The position numbers and the translations under genes are program-made. A stretch of 56,159 nucleotides of DNA from Candidatus Velthaea sp. (GTDB lineage Bacteria > Vulcanimicrobiota > Vulcanimicrobiia > Vulcanimicrobiales > Vulcanimicrobiaceae), in contig JBEKHC010000021.1 of assembly GCA_050012475.1 (NCBI GenBank), positions 1-56,159 on the forward strand, written 5' to 3'. The notes beneath the pieces were generated by a model. The model was not told where the DNA came from. It saw only the letters and a program-made list of their open reading frames with translations, and did no database searches. Shown here piece after piece: positions 47,925 through 56,159 of the stretch. The first letter of the stretch is position 1. Each line of letters begins with the position of its first letter.

Positions 47925-48694
47925 TCGCGGCCGAACCGCGCACGGGCACGTTGCTGGACGTGCGCGATCTCTCGATGCGGTTCGCCAACGGTTTCCAGGC
48001 GTTACGCGACGTGAGTCTGTCGATGCGGCCCGGCGAGCTCGTGGTAGTCCTGGGCAGCAACGGGTGCGGGAAATCGACCCTCCTGCGCTGCATGGCGCGT
48101 CTCCTCACCCCGACGAGCGGAACGATTCGCATCGGCGACGAGGATTTTTCGCGCTTGTCCGGTGAGGCGCTGCGTCGTGCGCGCTGCACGGTAGCGTTCG
48201 TTTCGCAACAAGCAAACCTCGTGCGCCGGCGCAGTGTGCTGGCAAACGTGGCGACGGGAACGCTTGGCCGGCATAGTTCGTTTGCCTCAGCGCTGGGATT
48301 CCTGCCCACGGCGGAGCTTTCGTTTGCGCACGAACAGCTGTGCATCGTGGGCTTGGGCGATCGGGCGCCGCAGCGCGCCGGCACGCTGTCCGGCGGCCAG
48401 GCGCAGCGCGTCGCGATCGGGCGCGCGCTCGCGCAGCGTCCGCGCGTCCTGCTGGCCGATGAGCCGGTCGCCAGCCTCGATCCGGACGCGGCGATCGACG
48501 TGTTGACGCTGTTGCGAAAGCTCGCCAACGAGGGCTTGGGCATCGTTTGCGTGCTGCACCAACCGGAGCTCGCTTTGCGCTTTGCCGATCGTATCGTCGG
48601 CATTCGCGCGGGCGAGATTGCGTTCGACGCGCACATTTCGGCGGTATCGACGGCGTCGATCGCGACCCTGTATGCCGGCAGCACGGCGGCGTGA
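47921..48694 (+). CDS. phnC: Phosphonate ABC transporter ATP-binding protein
   Basis: GSNGCGKST, LSGGQAQRVAIGRAL, LADEPVASLDP, LHQ. Confidence 0.93.
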   Translation: MIAAEPRTGTLLDVRDLSMRFANGFQALRDVSLSMRPGELVVVLGSNGCGKSTLLRCMARLLTPTSGTIRIGDEDFSRLSGEALRRARCTVAFVSQQANLVRRRSVLANVATGTLGRHSSFASALGFLPTAELSFAHEQLCIVGLGDRAPQRAGTLSGGQAQRVAIGRALAQRPRVLLADEPVASLDPDAAIDVLTLLRKLANEGLGIVCVLHQPELALRFADRIVGIRAGEIAFDAHISAVSTASIATLYAGSTAA

Positions 48695-49503
48695 AGCTCG
48701 TTCCCCAACGCGGTTCGCTCGCAGCCGCGATGCCGGCTGCAACCACGCACGGAGCTTGGCGCCTCGTCGCCGGAGCGTTCGGTGTGGTCCTCGTCGTCGC
48801 GCAGGCGCTCGTGGTGGTGAAAGCACGGCCGCAGGATCTCATAACCGGAGCAGCCGGCATGGCCGATATTCTCCGCCGAGCGGTACCGCCGAACTTCGGC
48901 TTGTTGCCGGCGACGATGTGGCCCACGCTCGAGACCTTCGACACGGCGCTCTTCGGAACGGTCGCAGCGATGCTTTTTGCGCTGCCGCTGGCGATCTTTG
49001 CGGCGCGCAACACGACGCCGTCCCGCCTCTTGTATCTGCTCTCGCGCGGAATGATTGCTCTCACGCGCGTCGTTCCCGACTTGATTTGGGCGCTGCTTTT
49101 CGTCACCGCCGTCGGCTTGGGCCCGTTCCCAGGAGCGCTCGCGTTAGCCGTACACTCGATCGGCATGCTCGGGCGATTGTTTGCCGAGGTGATCGAAGAC
49201 ATGGACATGGGCCCGGTCGAGGCCTTGACCTTGACCGGCGCCTCGCGCTTGCAAGTCTTTACGCATGCGGTCGTCCCGGGCGTCGCACCTTCGTTGCTCG
49301 GCATTGCGCTCTACCGGCTCGACGAGAACGTTCGCTCGTCCCTGGTGCTGGGGTTTGTCGGCGCGGGCGGCATCGGTTTTCAAATTCTCTCAGCGATGAA
49401 TCTGTTTCAGTATCGCGACGTTTCGCTCTACTTGATGTTGACGTTCGTGCTGGTCGTCGTGGTCGAGCGCTTGTCGGCGACGCTGCGTCGTGCCGTCCTG
49501 TGA
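48691..49503 (+). CDS. phnE: Phosphonate ABC transporter permease
   Basis: AARNTTP, VPDLIWALLF..AVGLGP, YRLDENVRSS.VLGFVGAGGIG. Confidence 0.93.
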   Translation: MKLVPQRGSLAAAMPAATTHGAWRLVAGAFGVVLVVAQALVVVKARPQDLITGAAGMADILRRAVPPNFGLLPATMWPTLETFDTALFGTVAAMLFALPLAIFAARNTTPSRLLYLLSRGMIALTRVVPDLIWALLFVTAVGLGPFPGALALAVHSIGMLGRLFAEVIEDMDMGPVEALTLTGASRLQVFTHAVVPGVAPSLLGIALYRLDENVRSSLVLGFVGAGGIGFQILSAMNLFQYRDVSLYLMLTFVLVVVVERLSATLRRAVL

Positions 49504-49961
49504 ACTTGAGCACGGAACGTCAGCGCTGGCTGCGCGTGCTCGCACTCGCGCCGTTCGCTCGGCTCGCGCGTGACGTGAGCGAGCTGGAACCGCTGCCGGC
49601 TTTCGTCCATGTGCGCGGGCCGGAAGTCGGCCTGGCGATGGTTCAGGGGCGGGCCGGCGCGGACGGCGCACCGTTCAACCTGGGTGAAATGACCGTTACG
49701 CGGTGCACGCTGCGGGTCACGATCGTTGACGATGAAGTCCGCAGCGGCTTCGCCTGCATCGCCGGGCGTTCACCACGGCACGCCGAACTCGCCGCCTTGT
49801 GCGACGCAATGCTGCAAAGCGTACGCTGGCGCGAGACGGTGATGCAGCGCGTGATCGCGCCGGCGGAACGAGCCTTGGCCGAGCGACGGGTGCTGGCCGC
49901 GCGGCGGCGGGCGGCGACAAAAGCGGAGTTCGTCACCGTCGTTCGGTCGGGTGAAGCGTGA
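49500..49961 (+). CDS. phnG: C-P lyase subunit PhnG
   Basis: RQRWLRVLA, PEVGLAMVQGR, FNLGEMTVTRC, AELAALCDA, TKAEF. Confidence 0.93.
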   Translation: MNLSTERQRWLRVLALAPFARLARDVSELEPLPAFVHVRGPEVGLAMVQGRAGADGAPFNLGEMTVTRCTLRVTIVDDEVRSGFACIAGRSPRHAELAALCDAMLQSVRWRETVMQRVIAPAERALAERRVLAARRRAATKAEFVTVVRSGEA

Positions 49962-50530
49962 GCGCGGTTTTCGATCCGGTCCACGTGGCGCAGCGGACGT
50001 TTCGGGCGCTGCTCGCGGCGCTGGCCCACCCCTGCCGTGAAGTGACGATCGACGAAGAGCTGGGCGCGCCGAGCGAGTTGGGGCCGGCGTTGGCGGCGGC
50101 GGCGTTAACGCTGCTCGACCGTGACACGGCCGTTTGGCTTGACCCGGCGCGGATCGCGGCTCGTGCGTGGCTCGCCGCCCGAACCGGCTGCCGGTTCGTC
50201 ACAGCGCGCGAGCAGGCCCAATTCGGCATTATCTTGGAGGCCGAAACGCTTTCGCCGCTCGCGCGTTGGCCTGCGGGCACCGCCGAGGATCCCGAGGATT
50301 CAGCGACGCTGCTCGTGCGCGTCCGCGATTTTGACGGCACATTCGAGGTCGCGCTGACCGGACCGGGCATCGAGAGCGAGGCATCTTTGGGCAGCGTTTC
50401 GCTGACCCGGCGCTTTTGGACCGAATGGATGGACAACGTGTCGCGCTATCCGCTGGGCGTCGATTGCTTTCTGTTCACCTCGACGGGCGTCGTGGGTCTG
50501 CCGCGGACAACGCGCGTCGCGCCGGCATGA
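49958..50530 (+). CDS. phnH: C-P lyase subunit PhnH
   Basis: DPVHVAQRTFRALL, LTLLD.DT.VWL, GT...PEDSATL, LTGPGI, YPLGVD, GLPRTT. Confidence 0.93.
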   Translation: MSAVFDPVHVAQRTFRALLAALAHPCREVTIDEELGAPSELGPALAAAALTLLDRDTAVWLDPARIAARAWLAARTGCRFVTAREQAQFGIILEAETLSPLARWPAGTAEDPEDSATLLVRVRDFDGTFEVALTGPGIESEASLGSVSLTRRFWTEWMDNVSRYPLGVDCFLFTSTGVVGLPRTTRVAPA

Positions 50531-51603
50531 CGTACGTCGCGGTCAAAGGCGGCGAACGCGCGATTGCGAATGCCGAAGCCCTGTTGCACGCGCTGCGCCG
50601 CGGCGACCCGGGAACGCCGGATCTCACGGTCGAGCAGATCCAGAGCCAGCTTGGCCTTGCCGTCGACCGCGTGATGTGCGAAGGCAGCCTCTACGACCGG
50701 TCGCTCGCGGCGCTGGCGATCAAACAGGCCTGGGGCGATCTCGTGGAAGCGGTGTTTCTGACGCGCGCCTTCCGCACGACGCTCGAGCGTTTCTACGACA
50801 CGCTGCCGATTGAAACGTCGCAGATGGAACTGGTTCGACGCATCTCGGCCATCTTCAAGGACATCCCAGGCGGCCAGATCATCGGGCCAAGCTTCGACTA
50901 CACGCAGCGGTTGCTGGATTTCAGCCTGCTCGCGGGCAACGGAAAATTGCCGCACGTGCTCGACGATGCGGAGATCGGGCCGATTCCCGGCGTGATCGAT
51001 CTGCTGCGCAGCGAAGACCTGATCGCGCCCGACGAATGCGAAGTGCCGGCGGCGGTCGCGGACTTGACCCGCGACCCGCTGCGCTTTCCCGCCGAGCGCG
51101 CCCTGCGTCTGCAGGCGCTGGCGCGCGCCGATGAAGGCTTTCTGCTCGGACTCGCTTACTCGACGCAGCGCGGATATGGCCGCAATCATCCCTTCGCGGG
51201 CGAGGTCCGGGTGGGCGACGCGGAAGTGACGGTGTTCGACGACGAGTTGGGCTTCGAGGTGGTCATCGGCGAGATCACGGTGACTGAGATTCAGATGGTA
51301 AATCAGTTCGTCGGCAGTGCGCGCGAGCCGGCGCAGTTCACTCGCGGCTACGGACTGACCTTGGGCTATAACGAACGCAAAGCCATGTCGATGGCGCTCG
51401 TCGATCGCGCGTTGCGCAGCGACGAATACGGAGAACGCGTCCGGGGACCCGCGCAGGACGCCGAATTCGTCCTCTCGCACAGCGACAATGTCGAAGCGCA
51501 AGGCTTCGTGCAGCATCTCAAGCTGCCGCATTACGTTGACTTTCAGGCCGAATTGCAGCTGATCCGCGGGCTGCGAGCTCAGGTCAACGAGGATGCCACG
51601 TGA
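50527..51603 (+). CDS. phnI: C-P lyase subunit PhnI
   Basis: YVAVKGGERAI, RRISA.FKDIPGGQ, YSTQRGYG..HPF, HLKLPHYVDFQ. Confidence 0.96.
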   Translation: MTYVAVKGGERAIANAEALLHALRRGDPGTPDLTVEQIQSQLGLAVDRVMCEGSLYDRSLAALAIKQAWGDLVEAVFLTRAFRTTLERFYDTLPIETSQMELVRRISAIFKDIPGGQIIGPSFDYTQRLLDFSLLAGNGKLPHVLDDAEIGPIPGVIDLLRSEDLIAPDECEVPAAVADLTRDPLRFPAERALRLQALARADEGFLLGLAYSTQRGYGRNHPFAGEVRVGDAEVTVFDDELGFEVVIGEITVTEIQMVNQFVGSAREPAQFTRGYGLTLGYNERKAMSMALVDRALRSDEYGERVRGPAQDAEFVLSHSDNVEAQGFVQHLKLPHYVDFQAELQLIRGLRAQVNEDAT

Positions 51604-52478
51604 TCGCCGTTGCGCGGACAATCGCCGGGCGGCGCAGCGATCGTGCGGCGCGCGGCTTCAATTTCGGTTATCTCGACGAGGGCACGAAGCGGTCGATCCG
51701 CCGCAGTTTGCTCAAAGCGGTCGCGATCCCGGGACATCAAGTCCCGTTCCGCTCGCGCGAGATGCCGATGTCCTATGGTTGGGGCACCGGCGGCATTCAG
51801 GTGACCTCCTCGATCATCGGTCTCGACGACACGCTCAAGGTGATCGATCAAGGCGCCGACGACACGACGAACGCGGTCAGCATCCGGCAGTTCTTCCGCA
51901 AGACGTGCGGCGTGCCCACCACGACTCGCACCGCCGATGCTACGATCGTGCAGACGCGTCACCGGATCCCCGAAACGCCGCTGCGCGAAGGGCAAATTCT
52001 GGTCTATCAGGTGCCGATCCCCGAACCGCTGCGCGAACTCGAACCCTCAGAAGTGAAAACGAAGAAGATGCACGCGCTCGAGGAGTACGGTCCGATGTAC
52101 TTGCGGCTGTACGAGGACATCGCAACGTACGGCCGGATCGCAACTGCCTACAACTATCCGGTGCTCGTGCACGGCCGGTACGTGATGAGTCCCAGTCCGA
52201 TCCCGCGCTTCGACAATCCCAAGCTTCACGCCAACCCGGCACTGCAGCTCTTCGGTGCCGGGCGCGAAAAGCGGTTGTACGCCGTGCCGCCGTACACCCG
52301 GGTCGAAAGTCTATCGTTCGACGATTATCCGTTCGAGCGCGAAACGTGGCAGCGGGCTTGCGAGTTCTGTGCTTCGCGCACCAGCTATCTCGACGAAGTC
52401 GTCGTCGGCGACCGCGGCGAGCGGATTTGGATCTGTTCGGACACCGACTTCTGCGCCGAGCGACGGAGTCAAGCGTGA
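51600..52478 (+). CDS. phnJ: Radical SAM C-P lyase PhnJ
   Basis: KAVAIPGHQVPF, GWGTGGIQ, VIDQGADD, CxxC-x21-CSDTDFC. Confidence 0.97.
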   Translation: MIAVARTIAGRRSDRAARGFNFGYLDEGTKRSIRRSLLKAVAIPGHQVPFRSREMPMSYGWGTGGIQVTSSIIGLDDTLKVIDQGADDTTNAVSIRQFFRKTCGVPTTTRTADATIVQTRHRIPETPLREGQILVYQVPIPEPLRELEPSEVKTKKMHALEEYGPMYLRLYEDIATYGRIATAYNYPVLVHGRYVMSPSPIPRFDNPKLHANPALQLFGAGREKRLYAVPPYTRVESLSFDDYPFERETWQRACEFCASRTSYLDEVVVGDRGERIWICSDTDFCAERRSQA

Positions 52479-53245
52479 AACCGCTGCTGCGCGTGTGCGG
52501 GGTGAGCAAGCGCTTCGGCCGCCACATCGCTTGCGACGATGTTTCGCTCGAGCTTTTTGCGGGACAGGTTTTGGGCCTCGTCGGTGAGTCGGGTTCGGGC
52601 AAGACAACGCTCTTGCACACGCTCCTGGGCGATCTTCAGCCCGATGCGGGCGAGGTCGTGTACAACTCTGCCGACGGTGATGCACTCGTGCTGTCCGGCC
52701 TCAGCGAAGCGCGCCGCCGGCATCTGAGGCGCACCGAGTGGGGGCTCGTGCATCAAAATCCGCGCGACGGGCTGCGCATGTACGTCAGCGCCGGCGCGAA
52801 TGTCGCCGAACGGCTGCTCGACGGCGGCGCTCGCAATTATGGTCGCATTCGCGAAACCGTGCTGCACTGGCTGCGTGAGGTTGAAATCGATCCATCGCGC
52901 GTCGACGAACGGCCCGCCACCTTTTCCGGCGGCATGCAGCAGCGTTTGCAGCTTGCGCGCGTGCTCGTCACGCATCCCCGCCTCGTGCTCATGGACGAAC
53001 CTACCGGCGGTCTCGACCTTTCGGTTCAAGCGCGCTTGCTGGACCTGATTCGGACGCTCGTGCGCGAGCTGCACTTGAGCGTTATCGTCGTCACGCATGA
53101 TATCGGCGTCGTGCGGCTGATCGCCGACCAGGTGCTGGTGATGCGGAAAGGCCGGATCGTTGAAAGCGGGATCGCCGACCGCGTCTTGGACGATCCGCAA
53201 CATCCGTACACGCAGCTGCTCGTGAGCGCAGCGCTCGTTCCGTGA
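52475..53245 (+). CDS. phnK: C-P lyase ATPase PhnK
   Basis: GESGSGKTT, RTEWGLVHQNPRDGLR, FSGGMQQR, VLDDPQHPYTQLLVS. Confidence 0.95.
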   Translation: MKPLLRVCGVSKRFGRHIACDDVSLELFAGQVLGLVGESGSGKTTLLHTLLGDLQPDAGEVVYNSADGDALVLSGLSEARRRHLRRTEWGLVHQNPRDGLRMYVSAGANVAERLLDGGARNYGRIRETVLHWLREVEIDPSRVDERPATFSGGMQQRLQLARVLVTHPRLVLMDEPTGGLDLSVQARLLDLIRTLVRELHLSVIVVTHDIGVVRLIADQVLVMRKGRIVESGIADRVLDDPQHPYTQLLVSAALVP

Positions 53246-53946
53246 TCGCTTCGCCGGCGCCGCTGCTGCGCGCAACGGGGGTAGCGAAAACCTTCACTCT
53301 GCATCTGCAGGGCGGAACGCGGCTGGCCGTGCTGCACGACGTATCGCTCGAGTTGCGGGCCGGCGAATGCGTCGCGCTGGCGGGCGTTTCGGGCAGCGGC
53401 AAGTCCACGTTCATGCGCGCGCTGTATGGAAACTACGGGATCGACGCGGGTTCAATCGTCGTGCGCGACGGCGACCGCGACGTCGACCTGACGGGCTTGG
53501 AACCGCACGAACTCACGGCGCTGCGCGCGCGCACGGTCGGCTACGTCAGCCAGTTCTTGCGGGTCATTCCGCGCATCCCGGCGCTCGAGATCGCGACCGA
53601 ACCGCTCGTCGCGACCGGCGTCGAGGCGGCGCTGGCGCGAACGATCGTGAGCGCGCTCTTTACGCGGCTGGCGCTGCCGCAGCGCTTGTGGCAGCTTTCG
53701 CCCACGACGTTTTCCGGCGGCGAGAAACAACGCGTGAATTTGGCCCGGACGCTGGCCGTCGCGTATCCGGTTCTGCTGCTCGATGAGCCGACGTCGGCGC
53801 TGGATGCGGACAGCCGCGAGCGCGTGATCGGTCTGCTGCTCGAACGAAAAAAGGCCGGGGTTGCGATGGTCGGGATCTTTCACGATGACGAAGTTCGTCG
53901 CCGGCTGGCCGACCGTTGCGTCTCGTTCGGGTTGAAGCCGGAATGA
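53242..53946 (+). CDS. phnL: C-P lyase ATPase PhnL
   Basis: KTFTLHLQGG, YVSQFLRVIPR, TFSGGEKQRVN, GIFHD. Confidence 0.95.
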   Translation: MIASPAPLLRATGVAKTFTLHLQGGTRLAVLHDVSLELRAGECVALAGVSGSGKSTFMRALYGNYGIDAGSIVVRDGDRDVDLTGLEPHELTALRARTVGYVSQFLRVIPRIPALEIATEPLVATGVEAALARTIVSALFTRLALPQRLWQLSPTTFSGGEKQRVNLARTLAVAYPVLLLDEPTSALDADSRERVIGLLLERKKAGVAMVGIFHDDEVRRRLADRCVSFGLKPE

Positions 53947-55106
53947 TGATCGATACGATGCAACGCCTGGAGTCCGGTCGTGCGGCATACACCAACGGGC
54001 GCCTGCTATTGCCGGATCGCGAAGTCTGGGGAACGCTGATCGTCGAGAACGGCCGTATCGCCGACATCGGTGAGGGCCTCTTTCGCGGTGGCGTCGACGT
54101 CGGCGGCGCGATTTGCATGCCTGGTTTGGTCGAGCTTCACACCGACAACATCGAGACGGTGCTCGCGCCGCGGCCGGGCGTGCGCTGGCCGCTGGAGTTG
54201 GCCGCGCACTATCACGATCGCAGCATCATCGCCGCGGGGATCACGACGGTTTGCGATGCGATTGCGCTGGGTGACACCCTGCCGGGAAGCTCGCGCCTCG
54301 AATACTACGCACCGATCATCGAGGTCATCGCGCGCGGCGCTGCTGCCGGGCGCTATGCGTCCGACCATCGGATCCACTTGCGCTGCGAACTCGTCTACGA
54401 TGAACTCGTCGAGGTCGTGGCGCGGTTTATCGACGAACCGCTAGTAGTTCTGCTATCCGTCATGGACCATACGCCGGGTCAGCGCCAGTTCGCCGACCTC
54501 GACAAGTTCGAACAGTACTACGGCGGCCGCTATGGCTTAGACCGCGCCGGCATCGCTCGCGTGATGGAAGATCGCCTGCGTGCGCAAGAACGCCACGCGG
54601 CGAGCAATCGAGACCGCGTCGTCGCGATGGCGCGCGAACGATCGATCCCGCTCGCGACCCACGACGACGCCTTGCCCGAACATATCGCCGAAGCGGTGCG
54701 TGAAGGCGCCGCCATCGCCGAGTTTCCGACGACGGCGCAAGCCGCTCGAGCCGCGCGCGAATCCGGGCTGCACGTCCTCATGGGCGCGCCCAACGTCGTC
54801 CTGGGCGGATCGCAGTCCGGCAACGTTTCCGCGCTTGCGCTTGCCGCGAGCGGCTTGGTCGACATCTTCTCGTCCGACTACGTCCCGCAGAGCTTGCTGC
54901 AGGTGCCGTTCGCACTCGCCGCGGCGACGCGAGCACCACTCTACGAGACGGTGCGCAGCGTGACGAGCACGCCGGCGCGCGCGATCGGGTTGACCGACCG
55001 CGGAACGCTCGAAATCGGCAAACGCGCCGATCTGCTCTTTGTCGATGTGGATCGCGACCAGCCGCGCATATGCGGCGTCGTCAGCGCCGGCGTGCGCGTC
55101 GCGTGA
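53943..55106 (+). CDS. phnM: Alpha-D-ribose 1-methylphosphonate 5-triphosphate diphosphatase
   Basis: PGLVELHTDN, HLRCE, MDHTPGQRQF, THDD, AEFPTT, GAPNVV.GGS.SGN, SSDYVP. Confidence 0.96.
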   Translation: MMIDTMQRLESGRAAYTNGRLLLPDREVWGTLIVENGRIADIGEGLFRGGVDVGGAICMPGLVELHTDNIETVLAPRPGVRWPLELAAHYHDRSIIAAGITTVCDAIALGDTLPGSSRLEYYAPIIEVIARGAAAGRYASDHRIHLRCELVYDELVEVVARFIDEPLVVLLSVMDHTPGQRQFADLDKFEQYYGGRYGLDRAGIARVMEDRLRAQERHAASNRDRVVAMARERSIPLATHDDALPEHIAEAVREGAAIAEFPTTAQAARAARESGLHVLMGAPNVVLGGSQSGNVSALALAASGLVDIFSSDYVPQSLLQVPFALAAATRAPLYETVRSVTSTPARAIGLTDRGTLEIGKRADLLFVDVDRDQPRICGVVSAGVRVA

Positions 55107-55294
55107 GCTTCGCCGCGCGTGCCGGCAACGTGCTCCCATGGGCGCTGCTGGGTGCACTCGTCATAGCGGGCGCCGCGGTTCCGGCCGTGGCGCCGGTTCG
55201 CGCCCCGGCCGGGCCGCTCGGAGCGCACGTTCGGGCCGACCGCACCTTGGACTGCCGGGTCGCCGTTTCGGTCGCCGGTGGATGCCGGCGATGA
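55103..55294 (+). CDS. Small hypothetical membrane/secreted peptide (63 aa)
   Basis: GTG overlaps the phnM stop and its TGA overlaps the next ATG; one hydrophobic segment. Confidence 0.45.
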   Translation: MSFAARAGNVLPWALLGALVIAGAAVPAVAPVRAPAGPLGAHVRADRTLDCRVAVSVAGGCRR

Positions 55295-56159
55295 CGGATC
55301 TCGCGCCGGCGACGGCGCTCGTGCGGCCGGCCGCGCTTGACGACCGCGAGGCGATCGTCGCACTCGTGGCGGCGATGGGCGGACACGAAGAGGTTGCCCA
55401 GAGCGCAAAACCGTTCGCTATGCTGGCCGCCGTGCTCGCCGCGCCCGAGAGCCGAGTCCTGGTGGCCGAGCGCGCGCGCCGTGTCGTCGGCGTCGCAGCG
55501 CTGCACGTCCGGACCTCGCTCCTGCGCGATCGGCGGGAGGCCTGGCTGGGCGTGCTGGCCGTCGCTCCCGAGGTGCGCTCGAGCGCCGTCGGCGCGACAC
55601 TGCTCGAGGCCGTCCAACGCGCTGCCGCGCAGCTCGGCTGCGCTGCGATCGTGCTGGAAACATCGCAAGTTCGCGAGCGCGCGGCGGCCTTTTACGCGCG
55701 CGAAGGCTTTGTCGAAAGCCGGCCTGCGCGACGGTTCGAGCGAGCCGTGGCCGCCGTCGACGGTACCCTGCCGGAACGGTTTCTCGCCGCCGCGGCGCGC
55801 GCGGCGACGCGGGCGGCCGAAGCCGTGGCCGGGCGCGGCCAGGCGGATCCGATCGGTGTCGGCGCCGACGGTGCGCCGACCGAAGCGGCCGACGCCGCCG
55901 CCGAGGGCGCCGCGGTCGCCGAGCTTCTGGCCCTCGGCATTCCGATCGTCAGCGAAGAAGCCGGGTTGGTCGGCGCTGCGGCGTTGGATCCCGCGCAGCC
56001 CTGGATCTCGCTCGACCCATTGGACGGCAGCCGCAATTTCGTCAACGGGTTTCCCTGCTACGCAATGTCGGCCGGCTTGGTCCAGGCCGGAAAAGCCTTA
56101 GCGGGCCTGGTCGCGGATCTTGCCGGGGGTCCGCGCTGGGAGGCCAGCGGCGGGGGCGG
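55291..56159 (+). CDS. PhnO-like GNAT acetyltransferase fused to an inositol monophosphatase/FBPase-family domain (3' end runs off the window)
   Basis: Stop-free manual translation from ATG 55291: GNAT (LAVAPEVRSSAVGATLL...LETSQVRERAAAFYAREGF), then GADGAPTEAAD..AE, VSEE, DPLDGSRNF. Missing from the ORF track. Confidence 0.87.
   Translation, partial: MTDLAPATALVRPAALDDREAIVALVAAMGGHEEVAQSAKPFAMLAAVLAAPESRVLVAERARRVVGVAALHVRTSLLRDRREAWLGVLAVAPEVRSSAVGATLLEAVQRAAAQLGCAAIVLETSQVRERAAAFYAREGFVESRPARRFERAVAAVDGTLPERFLAAAARAATRAAEAVAGRGQADPIGVGADGAPTEAADAAAEGAAVAELLALGIPIVSEEAGLVGAAALDPAQPWISLDPLDGSRNFVNGFPCYAMSAGLVQAGKALAGLVADLAGGPRWEASGGG

Noticed and set aside
55337..56101. 254-aa ORF from the track as the gene after phnM
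   Set aside because: Wrong frame. The frame starting at 55291 carries clear GNAT and IMPase motifs.

Overview
A GC-rich bacterial chromosomal segment, densely coding (about 55 CDSs), in which I see no rRNA, tRNA, CRISPR array, prophage or intact mobile element. Outer-membrane genes (TonB-dependent receptor, TonB-domain protein, LolA-like protein) occur together with a Firmicutes-like rpsR-rplI-lonC-dnaB block. This suggests a diderm Terrabacteria lineage such as Eremiobacterota/Vulcanimicrobiota (inference). The left half is a mix of transporters, hydrolases and signalling genes: ABC exporter, TlpA-TPR fusion, PhzF, a GH5-like protein lacking its catalytic residues, PP2C-HATPase, S10 and M16 peptidases, allantoin permease and racemase, rhamnose isomerase, and a bacteriophytochrome-GGDEF. 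The right half holds the ribosomal/replication block, a TonB-dependent receptor, a decayed tnpB, a phosphoesterase operon, leuA with an attenuator-like leader, and a C-P lyase operon phnDCE-GHIJKLM. Main observations: (1) the phn operon continues into an ORF missing from the ORF track that fuses a PhnO-like GNAT to an IMPase/FBPase-family phosphatase; (2) three promoters share the same geometry (TTAA-type repeat at 11-bp period, 9 nt, then a -10 hexamer), a candidate Pho regulon linking phn, the TonB-dependent receptor and a leftward promoter; (3) a small array of orphan paralogs at 26.5-27.4 kb with a decaying tandem duplicate; (4) several intact proteins with degenerate active sites.
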